Positions 1 through 10,147 are shown, counted from the stretch's first letter. The stretch: 64,000 nt of DNA from Candidatus Krumholzibacteriia bacterium (GCA_050174015.1 JBFXKG010000004.1:128001-192000); one strand, 5' to 3'. Numbers and translations: made by a program. The notes: a model not told the origin generated them from the sequence alone.

Positions 1-1110
1 AAGGGCGACTATCCCCTGTCCCTAGGTGCCTTCGGGTACGCCGTCTACGAGCTTTCGGTGGATCCCCCCGCTCCGCCGGCGGTCATCGCCGACGGGCGCA
101 ACGTCCCCGGCGATTTCGTTCCCCACGCAGCCCTCGCCACCCAGGACGGACCCACCCATCTCGGCGACAACGTCTCGGAGCTGGACCAGCTGTTCGCCCG
201 CATCTCGGACGACTCGCTCTTCGTCGGCATCACCGGGAACCTCGCCACCGACGGCACCGGTCTCGCCCTGCTGATCGACGCCGCCCCCGGAGGCCAGACC
301 ACCCTGGACACGAGCACGCTGTCGCCCCCGCCCTCGGGCCCCCAGCACTTGACCGGCCTGCGCCTCGACCCGGGTTTCGAGCCCGAGACCATGATGTTCA
401 TCAACGCCTACTCGGGGACCATCTACGCCGACAGGGTCGAGTTACCCTCCGGGTCCGGCGCCGTCAAATCCTACGTCGGGCAGGGGATCGTCGGCAGCGG
501 CAACGGCCTCCTCACCGGCGGGTCGAATCCCGGCGACATCCGGGTCGCCCTCGACAACTCCAACACTTCGGGCGTGACCGGCAGCAGCGTCGCCGACGCG
601 GGCGCCGCCGTCACCGGCTTCGAGCTCTTCCTGTCCCTGGCGGACCTGGGTCACGCGGGCGGCCCGGTGAGGCTGGCCGCCTTCATCCTCGAGACCAGCG
701 GGGACGTGAGCAACCAGTGGCTGCCCCCCCTGGGCGGAGTGACGGGATCGCTGGGGATCGCCCCCGACCTGACGACCTTTCCGGGATCGCAATTCGCCGA
801 GCTGGATGGAGCCTCCGGGGTCGGCCTGCCTGCCGTGAATGGCCTCGAAGCAAGCGCACAGGCGACGGGCGAGGGCGCGGTCTTCCGTTTCACGCTGGTG
901 GAATCGGGGCCCGTGACCCTGGCCATCCACGATCTGCGCGGCCGGGAAGTTTGTCGTCTTCTGGATGGGATCATACGCCCGGCGGGGCGGCGGAGCGCGT
1001 TCTGGGACGGCCGCTCCGGCGGCGGCCGTCCCGTGGCGTCGGGCGTTTACCTCTTCCGGCTGGAGGCCGGAGGGATGATTGCGACCGGACGGGTGGCCCT
1101 GGTGCGTTAG
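1..1110 (+). CDS. Secreted protein with C-terminal FlgD-Ig/T9SS-like domain (5'-truncated by the window)
   Basis: Frame 1 is open from base 1 (KGDYPLSLGAFGYAVYELSV...). The C-terminus HDLRGREV..WDGRSGGGRPVASGVYLFRL..RVALVR fits the FlgD-Ig CTD pattern. Confidence 0.8.
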   Translation, partial: KGDYPLSLGAFGYAVYELSVDPPAPPAVIADGRNVPGDFVPHAALATQDGPTHLGDNVSELDQLFARISDDSLFVGITGNLATDGTGLALLIDAAPGGQTTLDTSTLSPPPSGPQHLTGLRLDPGFEPETMMFINAYSGTIYADRVELPSGSGAVKSYVGQGIVGSGNGLLTGGSNPGDIRVALDNSNTSGVTGSSVADAGAAVTGFELFLSLADLGHAGGPVRLAAFILETSGDVSNQWLPPLGGVTGSLGIAPDLTTFPGSQFAELDGASGVGLPAVNGLEASAQATGEGAVFRFTLVESGPVTLAIHDLRGREVCRLLDGIIRPAGRRSAFWDGRSGGGRPVASGVYLFRLEAGGMIATGRVALVR

Positions 1111-1114
1111 CCCG

Positions 1115-2011
1115 CTACTTCGCGAGCAGGATCTTCTGCGTCGAAATCCCGCCGCCGGTCTCCAGACGGACGAAATAGGCCCCGGATGCGGCTCGACGCC
1201 CGCCGTCGTCGTTGCCGTTCCAGGTCACCGCCTGGGGCCCCGGCGAGAACGTGGTCCGGGCGAGGGTGCGCACGAGGCGGCCGCTCATGTCGAACACGTC
1301 GAGGGCCGCGGGCCCCGCCGCGGGCATGACGAAGGTGATGGTGGTGACGGGGTTGAAGGGGTTGGGATAGGCCTTCGGCGCCGCCAGGGCCGTGACCAGG
1401 TCGCCCCGCACGCCCGACAACCCGCACGGTTCCGGCGGACCGGCGGCATCCGTCCCCGTCGTGAACCACACGAAGTACCGCTTCGAGGCCGTATCCACCC
1501 CGACCCCCATGGCCGCCCAGGTTTGGGAAGCCCAGATCCCCTGGTTGAGGATCACGTCGTTGTGGCCAGAGCTGCCCTTCCAGGCGTTCAGCGCCCCGGC
1601 GGGATCCGCGTAACCCTGGGCGGCGATCTCGTACCCCGTCGACGTGTAGGTCCCCTCCGAAATCTCCGACGGCTTCGTCCACATGCACAGGGCCTGGGCG
1701 TGATCAGGAGTGTAGCAGCAGGTGGAGTACGGCGCCCCGGAGACCCCGTACCAGGAGTGCAGGTTGCAGCTGGGGTCGCTGCCCCAGTCGCCGGTGACGT
1801 CGTGAGCGTAGTTGTGATCGGCCACATGCCACTGGGCGACAGCCGTCAACACGGTCGAGACCGGTATGGCGGGCAGGCTGTTCTCCGCCCGGTAATCGTC
1901 GATGAGCTGGATCATCAGCTCCTCGTCCGCGTTGAGGCAGCCGGGGGGCTGGTACTGGGCGGATGCGCCGCCGGCGAGGATCAGACCGAGAATCAACACA
2001 CGCACTACCAC
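1115..2011 (-). CDS. Secreted CAP (SCP-like) domain protein with FlgD-Ig CTD
   Basis: GTG at 2011 follows AGGAGGAG; signal peptide; CAP motifs GYEIAA and WKGSSGHNDVILN; CTD YPNPFNP..FDMSGRLVR..WNG..SGAYFVRL..KILLAK. Confidence 0.8.
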   Translation of the reverse strand: MVVRVLILGLILAGGASAQYQPPGCLNADEELMIQLIDDYRAENSLPAIPVSTVLTAVAQWHVADHNYAHDVTGDWGSDPSCNLHSWYGVSGAPYSTCCYTPDHAQALCMWTKPSEISEGTYTSTGYEIAAQGYADPAGALNAWKGSSGHNDVILNQGIWASQTWAAMGVGVDTASKRYFVWFTTGTDAAGPPEPCGLSGVRGDLVTALAAPKAYPNPFNPVTTITFVMPAAGPAALDVFDMSGRLVRTLARTTFSPGPQAVTWNGNDDGGRRAASGAYFVRLETGGGISTQKILLAK

Positions 2012-2195
2012 GATGCTCCTCCTGGATGATGAAGTCTTCGAAAGCACTCCCGGAATCATCCCACAGCTCCCGCCAAAATTCTACCGAATTACTCCTGTTT
2101 TGAGAACAAGAGTGTCGCATTCCATGAGGTTGCTGGATGGAGTCGATCTCAACGCCGGACAGCGGACCGTCACCGGGGGGTATGGTCCTGGTGCC

Positions 2196-3041
2196 TTAGC
2201 CAACGACGGTGACGCCCCGTTCATCAACGGCGACCAAACGGAAATCGGGAAATCCGTAATCCGCTCCCTGGGTGTGCACCACCAGGTTGGGAGCGAGCCG
2301 CGCCGTCCCCTCCCCGTGGGTGTGGCCGCACAGCACCGTGAAGCTGCTGTCGGGGTGGGCCGCCGCGGTCCGCGCCAGCAGGTCCCCAACCGCCTTGCAG
2401 GTGAAGTGGGGCAGCCAGTCGGGATCGGAGATGCGGCCCTCGTGCCAGCAAGCCTCGGCGAAGGGGGGAACGTGGGTGAGGACGACCACCTGCCTGCCGC
2501 CGGCTGCCGCAGCCGTGAGTCCGGGTTCCAGGGCGGAGGCCTCCGCATCCCCCAGGCGCTGCAACCTTTCCTGGAGGGCGGTACCCCCTCCGTAGGACCG
2601 GCCGAACCCCCGCCGGTCGAACACCTCGTCCAGTTCCTCGATCAGCAGGTAGTCGTTCAGCACGACTCCCGATCCGGCGAAGTCCCCGAGGCGCGCGTCC
2701 CCCCAGCCTCCGCAGCCCACCAGGGTCGCGCCATCGCCCAGGGCGACCGGACCGGTCTGCGGTAGCCAGCGGAGCAGGGGGTGATCGAGCGCGCCGACCC
2801 TCTGCCGGATGCCCGCGATCGATCCGCCGTAGAAGTCGTGATTGCCGAGGACGAAGGAAATCGGCTTCCCGGTCCTGTCGGCGAGTTCCCGGAGGAAGAG
2901 TTCGAGCCGGGCGGCGGTGGCGATGTCACCCCCGAGCAGGACCGCCTCGACCCCCGCGGCCTCGAGGCGGTCGCAGAACCCGGCAACGCGTGCGGGGTCC
3001 GCATGGTCCAGATGAAGGTCCGTCGACCAGGCGAGGGTCAT
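2196..3041 (-). CDS. Calcineurin-like metallophosphoesterase
   Basis: Motifs DLH, GGD, GNHD, THVPP and GHTH. Confidence 0.85.
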   Translation of the reverse strand: MTLAWSTDLHLDHADPARVAGFCDRLEAAGVEAVLLGGDIATAARLELFLRELADRTGKPISFVLGNHDFYGGSIAGIRQRVGALDHPLLRWLPQTGPVALGDGATLVGCGGWGDARLGDFAGSGVVLNDYLLIEELDEVFDRRGFGRSYGGGTALQERLQRLGDAEASALEPGLTAAAAGGRQVVVLTHVPPFAEACWHEGRISDPDWLPHFTCKAVGDLLARTAAAHPDSSFTVLCGHTHGEGTARLAPNLVVHTQGADYGFPDFRLVAVDERGVTVVG

Positions 3042-3148
3042 GGCTGATTCCGAGGGCAAGGGGTCTCCTTCCGCATGGAGAAAGGAGGATACTCCCTGGC
3101 GGGACGGCCGTCACCTCTGATGGCCGGCCGCAGGCTGCGGCGCGATGT

Positions 3149-4180
3149 TCACGCGCGGGGCCGGCTCCGGAGCGCCCGGAAGCTGACCATCTTCTGCTGC
3201 TGCTCGTCCCAGAGGTTCATGGCCAGCGACCGCAGGCTGCGCCTGAGGGTCAGGGGAGACACCGCCTGCAGGACGGGGATGGTGTCCTGACAGGCCTGCA
3301 GGTGGTAGTTGGGGATGCGGGGCCGCAGGTGGTGGATGTGGTGCAGGCCGATGTTGCCCGTGATCCACTGGAGGATGCGCGGCAGCTTGTAGTAGGAGCT
3401 GCCCTTCAGGGCTGCGTCGAGGGGATCCCGCTGGTCCCCCGTCGCCCAGTAGGCGTCCTCGAACTGGTGCTGCACGTAGAAGAGCCAGACGCCCATGGTC
3501 CAGGAGATGACGATGACCGGCACCTGCACCAGCAGGTAGGTCTGCCAGCCCACCGTCAGGGCGGCGACCGTGAAGATCCCCGCCAGCGCCAGATTGGTGA
3601 TCATCACGCTGGCGACCGCCCGCCAACCCGACCCGCGGTCGGGGATGCGGTAGGCGATGATCGACAGCCAGAACGGCACCACCAGCAGCAGGAAGAACGG
3701 ATTGCGGACCAGGCGGTAGCCGAGCCGGGTGAGGCGCGGCGCCTTGAGGTATTCCTCCACCGTCATGGTCCAGACGTCCCCGGTGCCCCGGTTGTCGAGA
3801 TCCCCCGCCGTCGCGTGGTGGATGTTGTGGCTCCGCTTCCAGGCGTCGAAGGGCGTGAAGGTGAGGATGCCCGTGACGTACCCCACGATGCGGTTGGCCC
3901 GGCGCGAGGCGAAGTAGGAATCGTGGCAGCAGTCGTGGAAGAAGATGAAGATGCGGATCGACAGGGCCGCCGCCACCGGAGCCATGGCCAGGGTCGCCGC
4001 GTAGGGCCATCCCTCGACCCGGCTGTAGACCATCAGGGCCAGCACCGTCAGGTAGGGGATGATGGTGTTGACGAGCTGCGCGACGGCCTTGCGGGTGTCC
4101 GACCGGCTGAACGGGGCGATGGCCCGGCTCCAGTCGGAGCGACCGCCCGGCTTCCCGGGCGTCCTGGACTCAGTGGTCAT
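3149..4180 (-). CDS. Membrane fatty acid desaturase (Bacillus Des-like)
   Basis: Three histidine boxes (HDCCH, HNIHH, HHIHH), YVQH motif and transmembrane segments. Confidence 0.9.
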   Translation of the reverse strand: MTTESRTPGKPGGRSDWSRAIAPFSRSDTRKAVAQLVNTIIPYLTVLALMVYSRVEGWPYAATLAMAPVAAALSIRIFIFFHDCCHDSYFASRRANRIVGYVTGILTFTPFDAWKRSHNIHHATAGDLDNRGTGDVWTMTVEEYLKAPRLTRLGYRLVRNPFFLLLVVPFWLSIIAYRIPDRGSGWRAVASVMITNLALAGIFTVAALTVGWQTYLLVQVPVIVISWTMGVWLFYVQHQFEDAYWATGDQRDPLDAALKGSSYYKLPRILQWITGNIGLHHIHHLRPRIPNYHLQACQDTIPVLQAVSPLTLRRSLRSLAMNLWDEQQQKMVSFRALRSRPRA

Positions 4181-4234
4181 GCATCCTCCCCGGGATGGGC
4201 GGCGAAGGGGGCTCCGGTCACGGGCAGGAGCGGA

Positions 4235-5098
4235 TCAATCCCAAGGTAGCACCGCTTGCCCGCGGCGGACAGGGTCGAGGGTGTCCCTGACCGCCCGGGA
4301 GAAGTCGGGGGAATCGCCGGCCGCCCGCGCCCGGTCGTTGATCCGCCACAGCCTGCGGGCTCCGTCCAGATCCTGCTCGCCGCGCAGGCGGCCCAGGCCG
4401 ATCATCAGCTCGTCGGTGTAGCCGGGGAAAACGACCTTCCAGGTGGGGGGCACCATCCCCGGCGCCACGGCGTTGACGTGGTCGCGCAACCGGGACGTGC
4501 AGTTGTCCGTCAGGGTGTTGTACCAGGCGGGTTCGCGCCCCAGGCGATCCGCCTCCACCAGCAGGCTCACGAAGAGGTCGCGGATTCCCGCCCGCGGCGC
4601 CTCAACCGGGAAGAGATAGACGTCGTCGGGCCGCGAGACGGCGCGGTCCAGCAGCAGATCCCGCTCGTCGCCGACGATGTAGATCAGCTCGAAGGTGCGC
4701 AGCAGCCCGCGGTAGATCCCGTACTTCTCGCCCTTCTCCTTGCGGGCTTCGACGCTCACAGCCACGTAGGTCCCGTCGTCGAAGCCGAAGCTGAAGAAGC
4801 CGTGGGCGGGGCCGCGCCAGCCGTCCGGGTGGAAGACCGACAGGCCGTACCACAAGGACTCCAGTCGGCCGAGGTCGTAGGTTCGCGTCTCGAAGGTCCC
4901 GGCCGGGGCACCTCCCGGGGGGAACCGGAAGTCCCGGACGCCTTCGACCACCACCGTGTCCCCGGCGAAGGTGACCCTGGGCGTGACGGCGTGCTCGGGG
5001 ATCCAGTCCCGCTCCAGGGAGGCAGGCCACAGGGCGAAGACCAGCCAGGCGAGGGCGAGGACGGGCAGCAACCCGAACAGAAAGATGCGTTTCTTCAC
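4235..5098 (-). CDS. DUF4105 / Lnb N-terminal-like domain protein
   Basis: N-terminal membrane anchor; AHGFFSFGF, SVEARKE and YNTLTDNCT motifs typical of DUF4105. Confidence 0.75.
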   Translation of the reverse strand: MKKRIFLFGLLPVLALAWLVFALWPASLERDWIPEHAVTPRVTFAGDTVVVEGVRDFRFPPGGAPAGTFETRTYDLGRLESLWYGLSVFHPDGWRGPAHGFFSFGFDDGTYVAVSVEARKEKGEKYGIYRGLLRTFELIYIVGDERDLLLDRAVSRPDDVYLFPVEAPRAGIRDLFVSLLVEADRLGREPAWYNTLTDNCTSRLRDHVNAVAPGMVPPTWKVVFPGYTDELMIGLGRLRGEQDLDGARRLWRINDRARAAGDSPDFSRAVRDTLDPVRRGQAVLPWD

Positions 5099-5332
5099 CG
5101 GCTCGTCACTCCTCCATTCCGGGCGACCCTACTTCCACGGTGAAGGCCAGGGAATCGTTTTCGGGGTCGGCATCGCCGGGGGAACGACCGCAGGCGCCGG
5201 GCATGGGATCCAATGTATCACCCCGGGTCCGGACCTTCAATTCCCGCCGGACCGGTCGGAATTTCCTCGATCCTCCCGGGAATCTGGTACAATGGTCTCA
5301 ATTCTCCACACGATTCCCAAAGGAGGAACCGG

Positions 5333-5911
5333 ATGAAATTTGCTATCGCCACTCTTCTCGTCCTGATCATGGGATCCTCGACCTTCGCAAGCCCGGTCGA
5401 TCCATGGGACGCCATGGTCCTTTCCTTCGGCACCACTTATTACGAGCGCACGGCCTACGCCCCGATGTTGACCCACCTGCCGGTGTACATCATCTACAAC
5501 TGGCCTGAGGAGCCAGCGGTATGGGGTTTCGAGTGCTCCGTGGAAGTCATGGGCGCGACCAACAGCTTGCTGTCGACCACCTCGTTTCCCATGCCTTCGA
5601 TCGACGTCGGGGACAAGAATCCGGTCTCCCATGTGTACAACTTCATCGTGGGGTACAACGAGCCCATGGTGACCCAGGGCCTCACCGTGCTGGCGACCTT
5701 GGACCTGTTCTACCTCGACACCGCCCCCCTGGCGCTCATGCTGGGCGAATCCAACCCCTCGTCCCTGGACGAGGGTTATCCGGCGATCCTTCTGCCCGAC
5801 GGCAGCGTACGGTCGGTTTGGATCGAAAACTGCGCCTGCGTGAACCAGGACTGCTGCTACATCGAGACCGAGGAGACGTCCTTCGGAACAGTCAAGAGCC
5901 TGTTCAGGTAA
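5333..5911 (+). CDS. Secreted protein with short C-terminal SFGTVKSLFR motif
   Basis: AGGAGG then ATG 5333; signal peptide MKFAIATLLVLIMGSSTFA; ends ETEETSFGTVKSLFR. Confidence 0.8.
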   Translation: MKFAIATLLVLIMGSSTFASPVDPWDAMVLSFGTTYYERTAYAPMLTHLPVYIIYNWPEEPAVWGFECSVEVMGATNSLLSTTSFPMPSIDVGDKNPVSHVYNFIVGYNEPMVTQGLTVLATLDLFYLDTAPLALMLGESNPSSLDEGYPAILLPDGSVRSVWIENCACVNQDCCYIETEETSFGTVKSLFR

Positions 5912-5939
5912 GGTCCGGACATTCCATCTCGAGGAGGAC

Positions 5940-5957
5940 GACCCGCTTCGGCGGGTC
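5940..5957. terminator. Hairpin between convergent genes
   Basis: GACCCGC-TTCG-GCGGGTC (UUCG tetraloop) followed by a pyrimidine run. Confidence 0.5.
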
Positions 5958-5990
5958 TTCCCCTTCCCCGGACAGGCCAACCTCGGTTCT

Positions 5991-8594
5991 TCACCGTACC
6001 AGGGTGATCCTCCGGGTCCGCACGGTCCCCTCCGCTTCCAGCCGCACCAGGTAGACGCCGCTGGACTGGGGACGCCCGGAATGGTCCGATCCATCCCAGA
6101 TCACCTCGTGCCTGCCTTCCCCTCTCGCTCCTTCCACCAGGACCCTCACCAGGCGGCCGGCCGGATCGAAAACGCCCAGCCTTACGGAAGCCGCGCGAGG
6201 CAACTCGAACGTGACCTCGGTGTGGGGATTGAACGGGTTCGGCCGCGCCGGATGCAACTGCACGCCGGACACCGCAGCCGGCACGTCCGGCGAACCGGTC
6301 ACCGGTTCGAGCAGCGGCCGCTCGTACGCCCCGTTCCCGTGGCCGGCGATGCGCAGCATCCGGTCACCCGGCGAAATCGCGAGGTCCATGACCATGACGG
6401 CTCCCGGCAATCCCTCGCTGAAGGCGAACCACGACTGCCCGGAGTTCACCGTTGCGAAGACGCCCAGATCCGTCCCCACGTAGACGTTCTGGGAATCCTG
6501 GGGATCGACCACCACCGCCTGGGTCGGCACGTCCGGCAGGCCGGCGCCCACGTCCTGCCAGGTCGCTCCCGCATCGTCGGTCCGGAAGACGTGGCTCGTT
6601 CCGAAACCCGAGAACGTGATCCAGACCACGGCGTCTTCCGCCGGATCGATGGCCAGGCCCACCGGGTACCGGTCCGGAAGGTCCCGGGTCACGTTGGTCC
6701 AGGTCGCCCCGCCGTCGAGGGTGCGGAACACCCCCGCCCGGGCGGTCACCGGAGCGGTGGTGACGTAGGCCGTCCTGCTGTCCGCCTGCGAGACTTCCAG
6801 GGCGAGAGCTGGATTCCCGTCGAGGGCGTACCCCCCGTTGGTCACCGCCCAGGTTTCGCCCTGGTCGAGGCTCTTGAGGACGAGACTGCCGCCGGCGTAG
6901 ATCACGCCGGGTTCGGCGGGACCGCCCAGGGCGTACGGCGCGATGAACCCCGCGCTGCCGGCTCCGGGCAGCGCGAGCTCGACCCAGTTCGCGCCCGCAT
7001 CCCGCGAACGCAACATGCCCAGGTACTGGTAGGACCCGAACAGCGTCGCGTCGTCGGTCGGATCGATGGCCGCGCATGACCCGTCACCACCGATCACCCT
7101 CGTCCAGGCCACGCTGCCGGTGTAGATGGCCGTGGCGTTGTCCTGCATGCCGCCGATAGCCAGGTCCGGATCGGTCGGCGAACAGGCGAATCCGGGATAG
7201 AACTGCTGGGTCTGGTAGCCTCCGTTGCAGCCGGCGAACGTCAATCCCCCGTTCAGCGAGCGGAAGATGCCCCCGTCGTTGGCGAAATAGACGATGTCGG
7301 GATTCGTCGGATGCCACGCCACGTCGTGGTGGTCGGCATGGGAGTAGTTCGGCGGACCTTCCGGCCCCCCCGGAGGCACCTGGCCGAAGATCCAGGCCCG
7401 CCAGTCCGACCGCTTGGCAAGGCTCGCCCCGCCGTTCACGCTGCGCCAGATGTCGATGCCCACGGCCATCACCAGGAAGGGGTCGGTCGGGCTCACCGCG
7501 ACGTCGTGGGAGAACCAGCCCTGCCACTGGCTGTAATCGGTGGTGGACTTCACGGTCCAGGTCGATCCCGCGTCCTGGGATCGCCCCAGCCAGGTGCCCG
7601 ATGCCCCCAGGCCCCCGTTGCCGATGCTGACGTACATGACGTCGGGCTGGCCAGTGCAGACCGCCAGCTGGGCCTTTCCCAGGTAGCTGGACGGTCCGAT
7701 GTTCTGGGCGACACGGAGCCAGTTCAGCCCTCCGTCGGTCGTGCGGTAGATTCCCGCCTGGGGGCTGCCCAGGTTGCCGGCCGCGATGACCACCGTGTCC
7801 GGATGGACGGTGTGGATCACCAGGTCGGTGACCATGGGGATGGCGTTCACCTGGACCCAGCTGGATCCGCCGTCGGTGGTCTTGTAGACCCCCTCCGTGG
7901 TTCCGGCCCAGACCGTCCTGCGGTCGAGTGGATCGACCCGCACCACCTGGACTCCCCTCTGCTGGTCGTACGACCAGTCCAGGGACTTGTGCCAGGTGGC
8001 GCCTCCGTTGGTCGACCTGAGCACGCCGATGCCGAAACTGCCCCGGGTCAGCCTCACCGAGAGCCCGCCCTGGGTGTCGTCGTACGAATAGACCTCCCCC
8101 GTGCCGATGTAGATGGTCAACGAATCGTCCGGCGCGAAGGCCACCGACCCCACCCCCAGCACCGGATGCCCGGTCTCGACCCTTTCCCAGGCGGCCGCAC
8201 CCACGCCCCCGGTGTAGCTTCGCCACAGGCCGCCGCTTGCCGATCCGGCCCAGACCGTCGTGGGATTCTGGGGATTGAAGGCGATACACAGGGTGCGTCC
8301 GCCGATGTTGTGCGGGCCGATGGCCACCCAGCTGGAGCCGCCGGTCTTGGCCGCCGGAGCGCGCCGCATCCTGTCGCGGGCGAAGGTGAAGGCCTCGGCG
8401 TAGCCGGACCGGGGCAGATCCCGCCCGGGATAGGCCCGCTGGCGGGCGAGGAATTCCATGGCCTGGCCGGCGCCCGAAAGGGCCGGAGCCCTGCCCGCCC
8501 CCCCTGGGGCCGGATCATCCAGGCTGAACAACAGGCCCAGGCTGACGGTGGCCACCACAGCGGCCACGAGACCGGGAACAGGAACTCGCTTCAT
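5991..8594 (-). CDS. Secreted BNR/Asp-box (sortilin/VPS10-like) beta-propeller protein with FlgD-Ig CTD
   Basis: Many SxDGGxTW repeats, GPHNIGGR, HADHH and GGMQDN motifs; CTD PNPFNP..WDG..SSGVYLVRL..RITLVR. Confidence 0.85.
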   Translation of the reverse strand: MKRVPVPGLVAAVVATVSLGLLFSLDDPAPGGAGRAPALSGAGQAMEFLARQRAYPGRDLPRSGYAEAFTFARDRMRRAPAAKTGGSSWVAIGPHNIGGRTLCIAFNPQNPTTVWAGSASGGLWRSYTGGVGAAAWERVETGHPVLGVGSVAFAPDDSLTIYIGTGEVYSYDDTQGGLSVRLTRGSFGIGVLRSTNGGATWHKSLDWSYDQQRGVQVVRVDPLDRRTVWAGTTEGVYKTTDGGSSWVQVNAIPMVTDLVIHTVHPDTVVIAAGNLGSPQAGIYRTTDGGLNWLRVAQNIGPSSYLGKAQLAVCTGQPDVMYVSIGNGGLGASGTWLGRSQDAGSTWTVKSTTDYSQWQGWFSHDVAVSPTDPFLVMAVGIDIWRSVNGGASLAKRSDWRAWIFGQVPPGGPEGPPNYSHADHHDVAWHPTNPDIVYFANDGGIFRSLNGGLTFAGCNGGYQTQQFYPGFACSPTDPDLAIGGMQDNATAIYTGSVAWTRVIGGDGSCAAIDPTDDATLFGSYQYLGMLRSRDAGANWVELALPGAGSAGFIAPYALGGPAEPGVIYAGGSLVLKSLDQGETWAVTNGGYALDGNPALALEVSQADSRTAYVTTAPVTARAGVFRTLDGGATWTNVTRDLPDRYPVGLAIDPAEDAVVWITFSGFGTSHVFRTDDAGATWQDVGAGLPDVPTQAVVVDPQDSQNVYVGTDLGVFATVNSGQSWFAFSEGLPGAVMVMDLAISPGDRMLRIAGHGNGAYERPLLEPVTGSPDVPAAVSGVQLHPARPNPFNPHTEVTFELPRAASVRLGVFDPAGRLVRVLVEGARGEGRHEVIWDGSDHSGRPQSSGVYLVRLEAEGTVRTRRITLVR

Positions 8595-8759
8595 GCATCG
8601 CGCCTTCCGCGGCGCCGGGGGATACGCCCAGGGGGTCGTCCATCAGGATACGGCATCCGCGCCCCCCGCAACAGTCCGCCGGCGCCTTGCGTCTTGACAA
8701 GGCGTTCCCATGAGCCTGTCATTGGGCCGTCCCAAACAGTCCCCAGCCCGGAGGCCGCC

Positions 8760-10034
8760 ATGCGTGTTCACGTCGCCGCCATTCTGCTTGTGGGCCTTGC
8801 CGCCGGCGCCCTCGCTGACGAGCCGACCCTGCCCCGGACCATGATGGATTTCTACCGGCTGGCCTCCGGTGCCGAGCGCCAAGGGGAGACGGGCGCTGCC
8901 CGCGACCATTACCGGGCCGGACTCGCGGCCGTTCCCCAGAGCCCCCACCTGTGGCTGGGCGTGGTCCGCACCAGCGCGGCCCTGCAGGACGAGGCGGCGT
9001 GCCTCGAGGCGCTGCGGCGTCTGGCCGCTCTCGGCGCGGCTTTCGATCCGGCGGGCGACGCTGCCGTCGCCTCTCTTCTCGGGAAGCCGGAATTCGCGGC
9101 AGCCGCCGCCGCCATCGCCCGCAACGCGGCGCCGCCGCCGCCCGCTCCGGTCGTCGCGACCTTCGCCGACCCCGATCTGTGGAACGAGGGGATCGCCTGC
9201 GACCTCGACACCGGCGATCTCTATGCCGGCAGCGTCAAGCTGAGCAAGCTGCTGAGGATCCGCGACGGGGTGGAATCCCTCCTGGGAACCTCGGCGAACG
9301 ACGGTCTCCTGGAGATCCTGGGCCTGGACGTGGACGAACAGCGCAGGCACCTGTGGGCGGTCACCGGCCGCGACTCGACCGAGGCCGGGGCCCCCCACGA
9401 CTTCGGCGAGGCGCCCAGAGCCAACGCCCTGGTCCAGTACGACCTGGAATCCGGGGCGCAACTGGCGGTCTACCCCATGGTCTTCGACGGGCGCACCCAC
9501 ATGTGGAACGACGTTTCGGTGAGTCCGGACGGGACCGCGTACTTCACCGACCTGGCCGCATCCGAGGTCTACCGGCTTCCGCCCGGGGGCAAGCCCGAGG
9601 TGATCCTCGACGGCACCGATTTCCAGTACTTCAACGGAATCGTGGTCGATGACACCGGAACCCTGCTGTACGTCGCGGCCCTGGAGGGCGTGGTGGTCAT
9701 CGATCTCGCCGACCTGAGCGCCGCCCTCCTCGATTGCCCGCCCGACGTCTACGCGGGCCTGGGGGACGGCATGGCCATCGGGGGAGGCGACCTCTTCATC
9801 GTGCAGAACAACGGCTTGCTCAATCAGAGGATCCTGCGTGTCCGGCTGGATGAGACCGGACGCAGGGCCCTTGGCGCCGAGACGGTGCCCTGTGGACTGC
9901 CCGATGGGCTCATGCCCTACACTTGCGCCCTCGGGAACGGCGTTCTCTACGTGAATGGGACGCCCCCGTTCGCCGAGTACGATGGGGAGGATTTCGCCCG
10001 ACCCTCGGTGATCGTGGCCCTGAAAATCGACTGA
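8760..10034 (+). CDS. Secreted TPR-like + SMP-30/gluconolactonase-type beta-propeller protein
   Basis: GGAGG then ATG 8760; signal peptide; EGIA, NDVSV, NGIVV and DGMA blade motifs. Confidence 0.7.
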   Translation: MRVHVAAILLVGLAAGALADEPTLPRTMMDFYRLASGAERQGETGAARDHYRAGLAAVPQSPHLWLGVVRTSAALQDEAACLEALRRLAALGAAFDPAGDAAVASLLGKPEFAAAAAAIARNAAPPPPAPVVATFADPDLWNEGIACDLDTGDLYAGSVKLSKLLRIRDGVESLLGTSANDGLLEILGLDVDEQRRHLWAVTGRDSTEAGAPHDFGEAPRANALVQYDLESGAQLAVYPMVFDGRTHMWNDVSVSPDGTAYFTDLAASEVYRLPPGGKPEVILDGTDFQYFNGIVVDDTGTLLYVAALEGVVVIDLADLSAALLDCPPDVYAGLGDGMAIGGGDLFIVQNNGLLNQRILRVRLDETGRRALGAETVPCGLPDGLMPYTCALGNGVLYVNGTPPFAEYDGEDFARPSVIVALKID

Positions 10035-10075
10035 ACCGACTGGTTTCTTTAGATTTGTGCCAGTCCGAAAAATAC

Positions 10076-10107
10076 TTGTTGAAACAATTTTCCTTTATAC
10101 ATATATT
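10076..10107 (+). promoter_or_regulatory. Sigma70 promoter of marR-yceI with overlapping inverted repeat
   Basis: TTGAAA(10079)-17 nt-TATATT(10102); the repeat TTGTT-GA-AACAA (10076-10087) overlaps the -35 box. Confidence 0.55.
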
Positions 10108-10147
10108 ATTCCCCAAGGCCCGGGCAACCAATGGAAGGACGTCGCCC

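Noticed and set aside
7311..8759. Long N-terminal extensions of track ORFs (7311, 19848, 20354, 22564, 30278, 58805, 62091)
   Set aside because: They overlap real genes; RBS, signal peptides or domain starts indicate later start codons.
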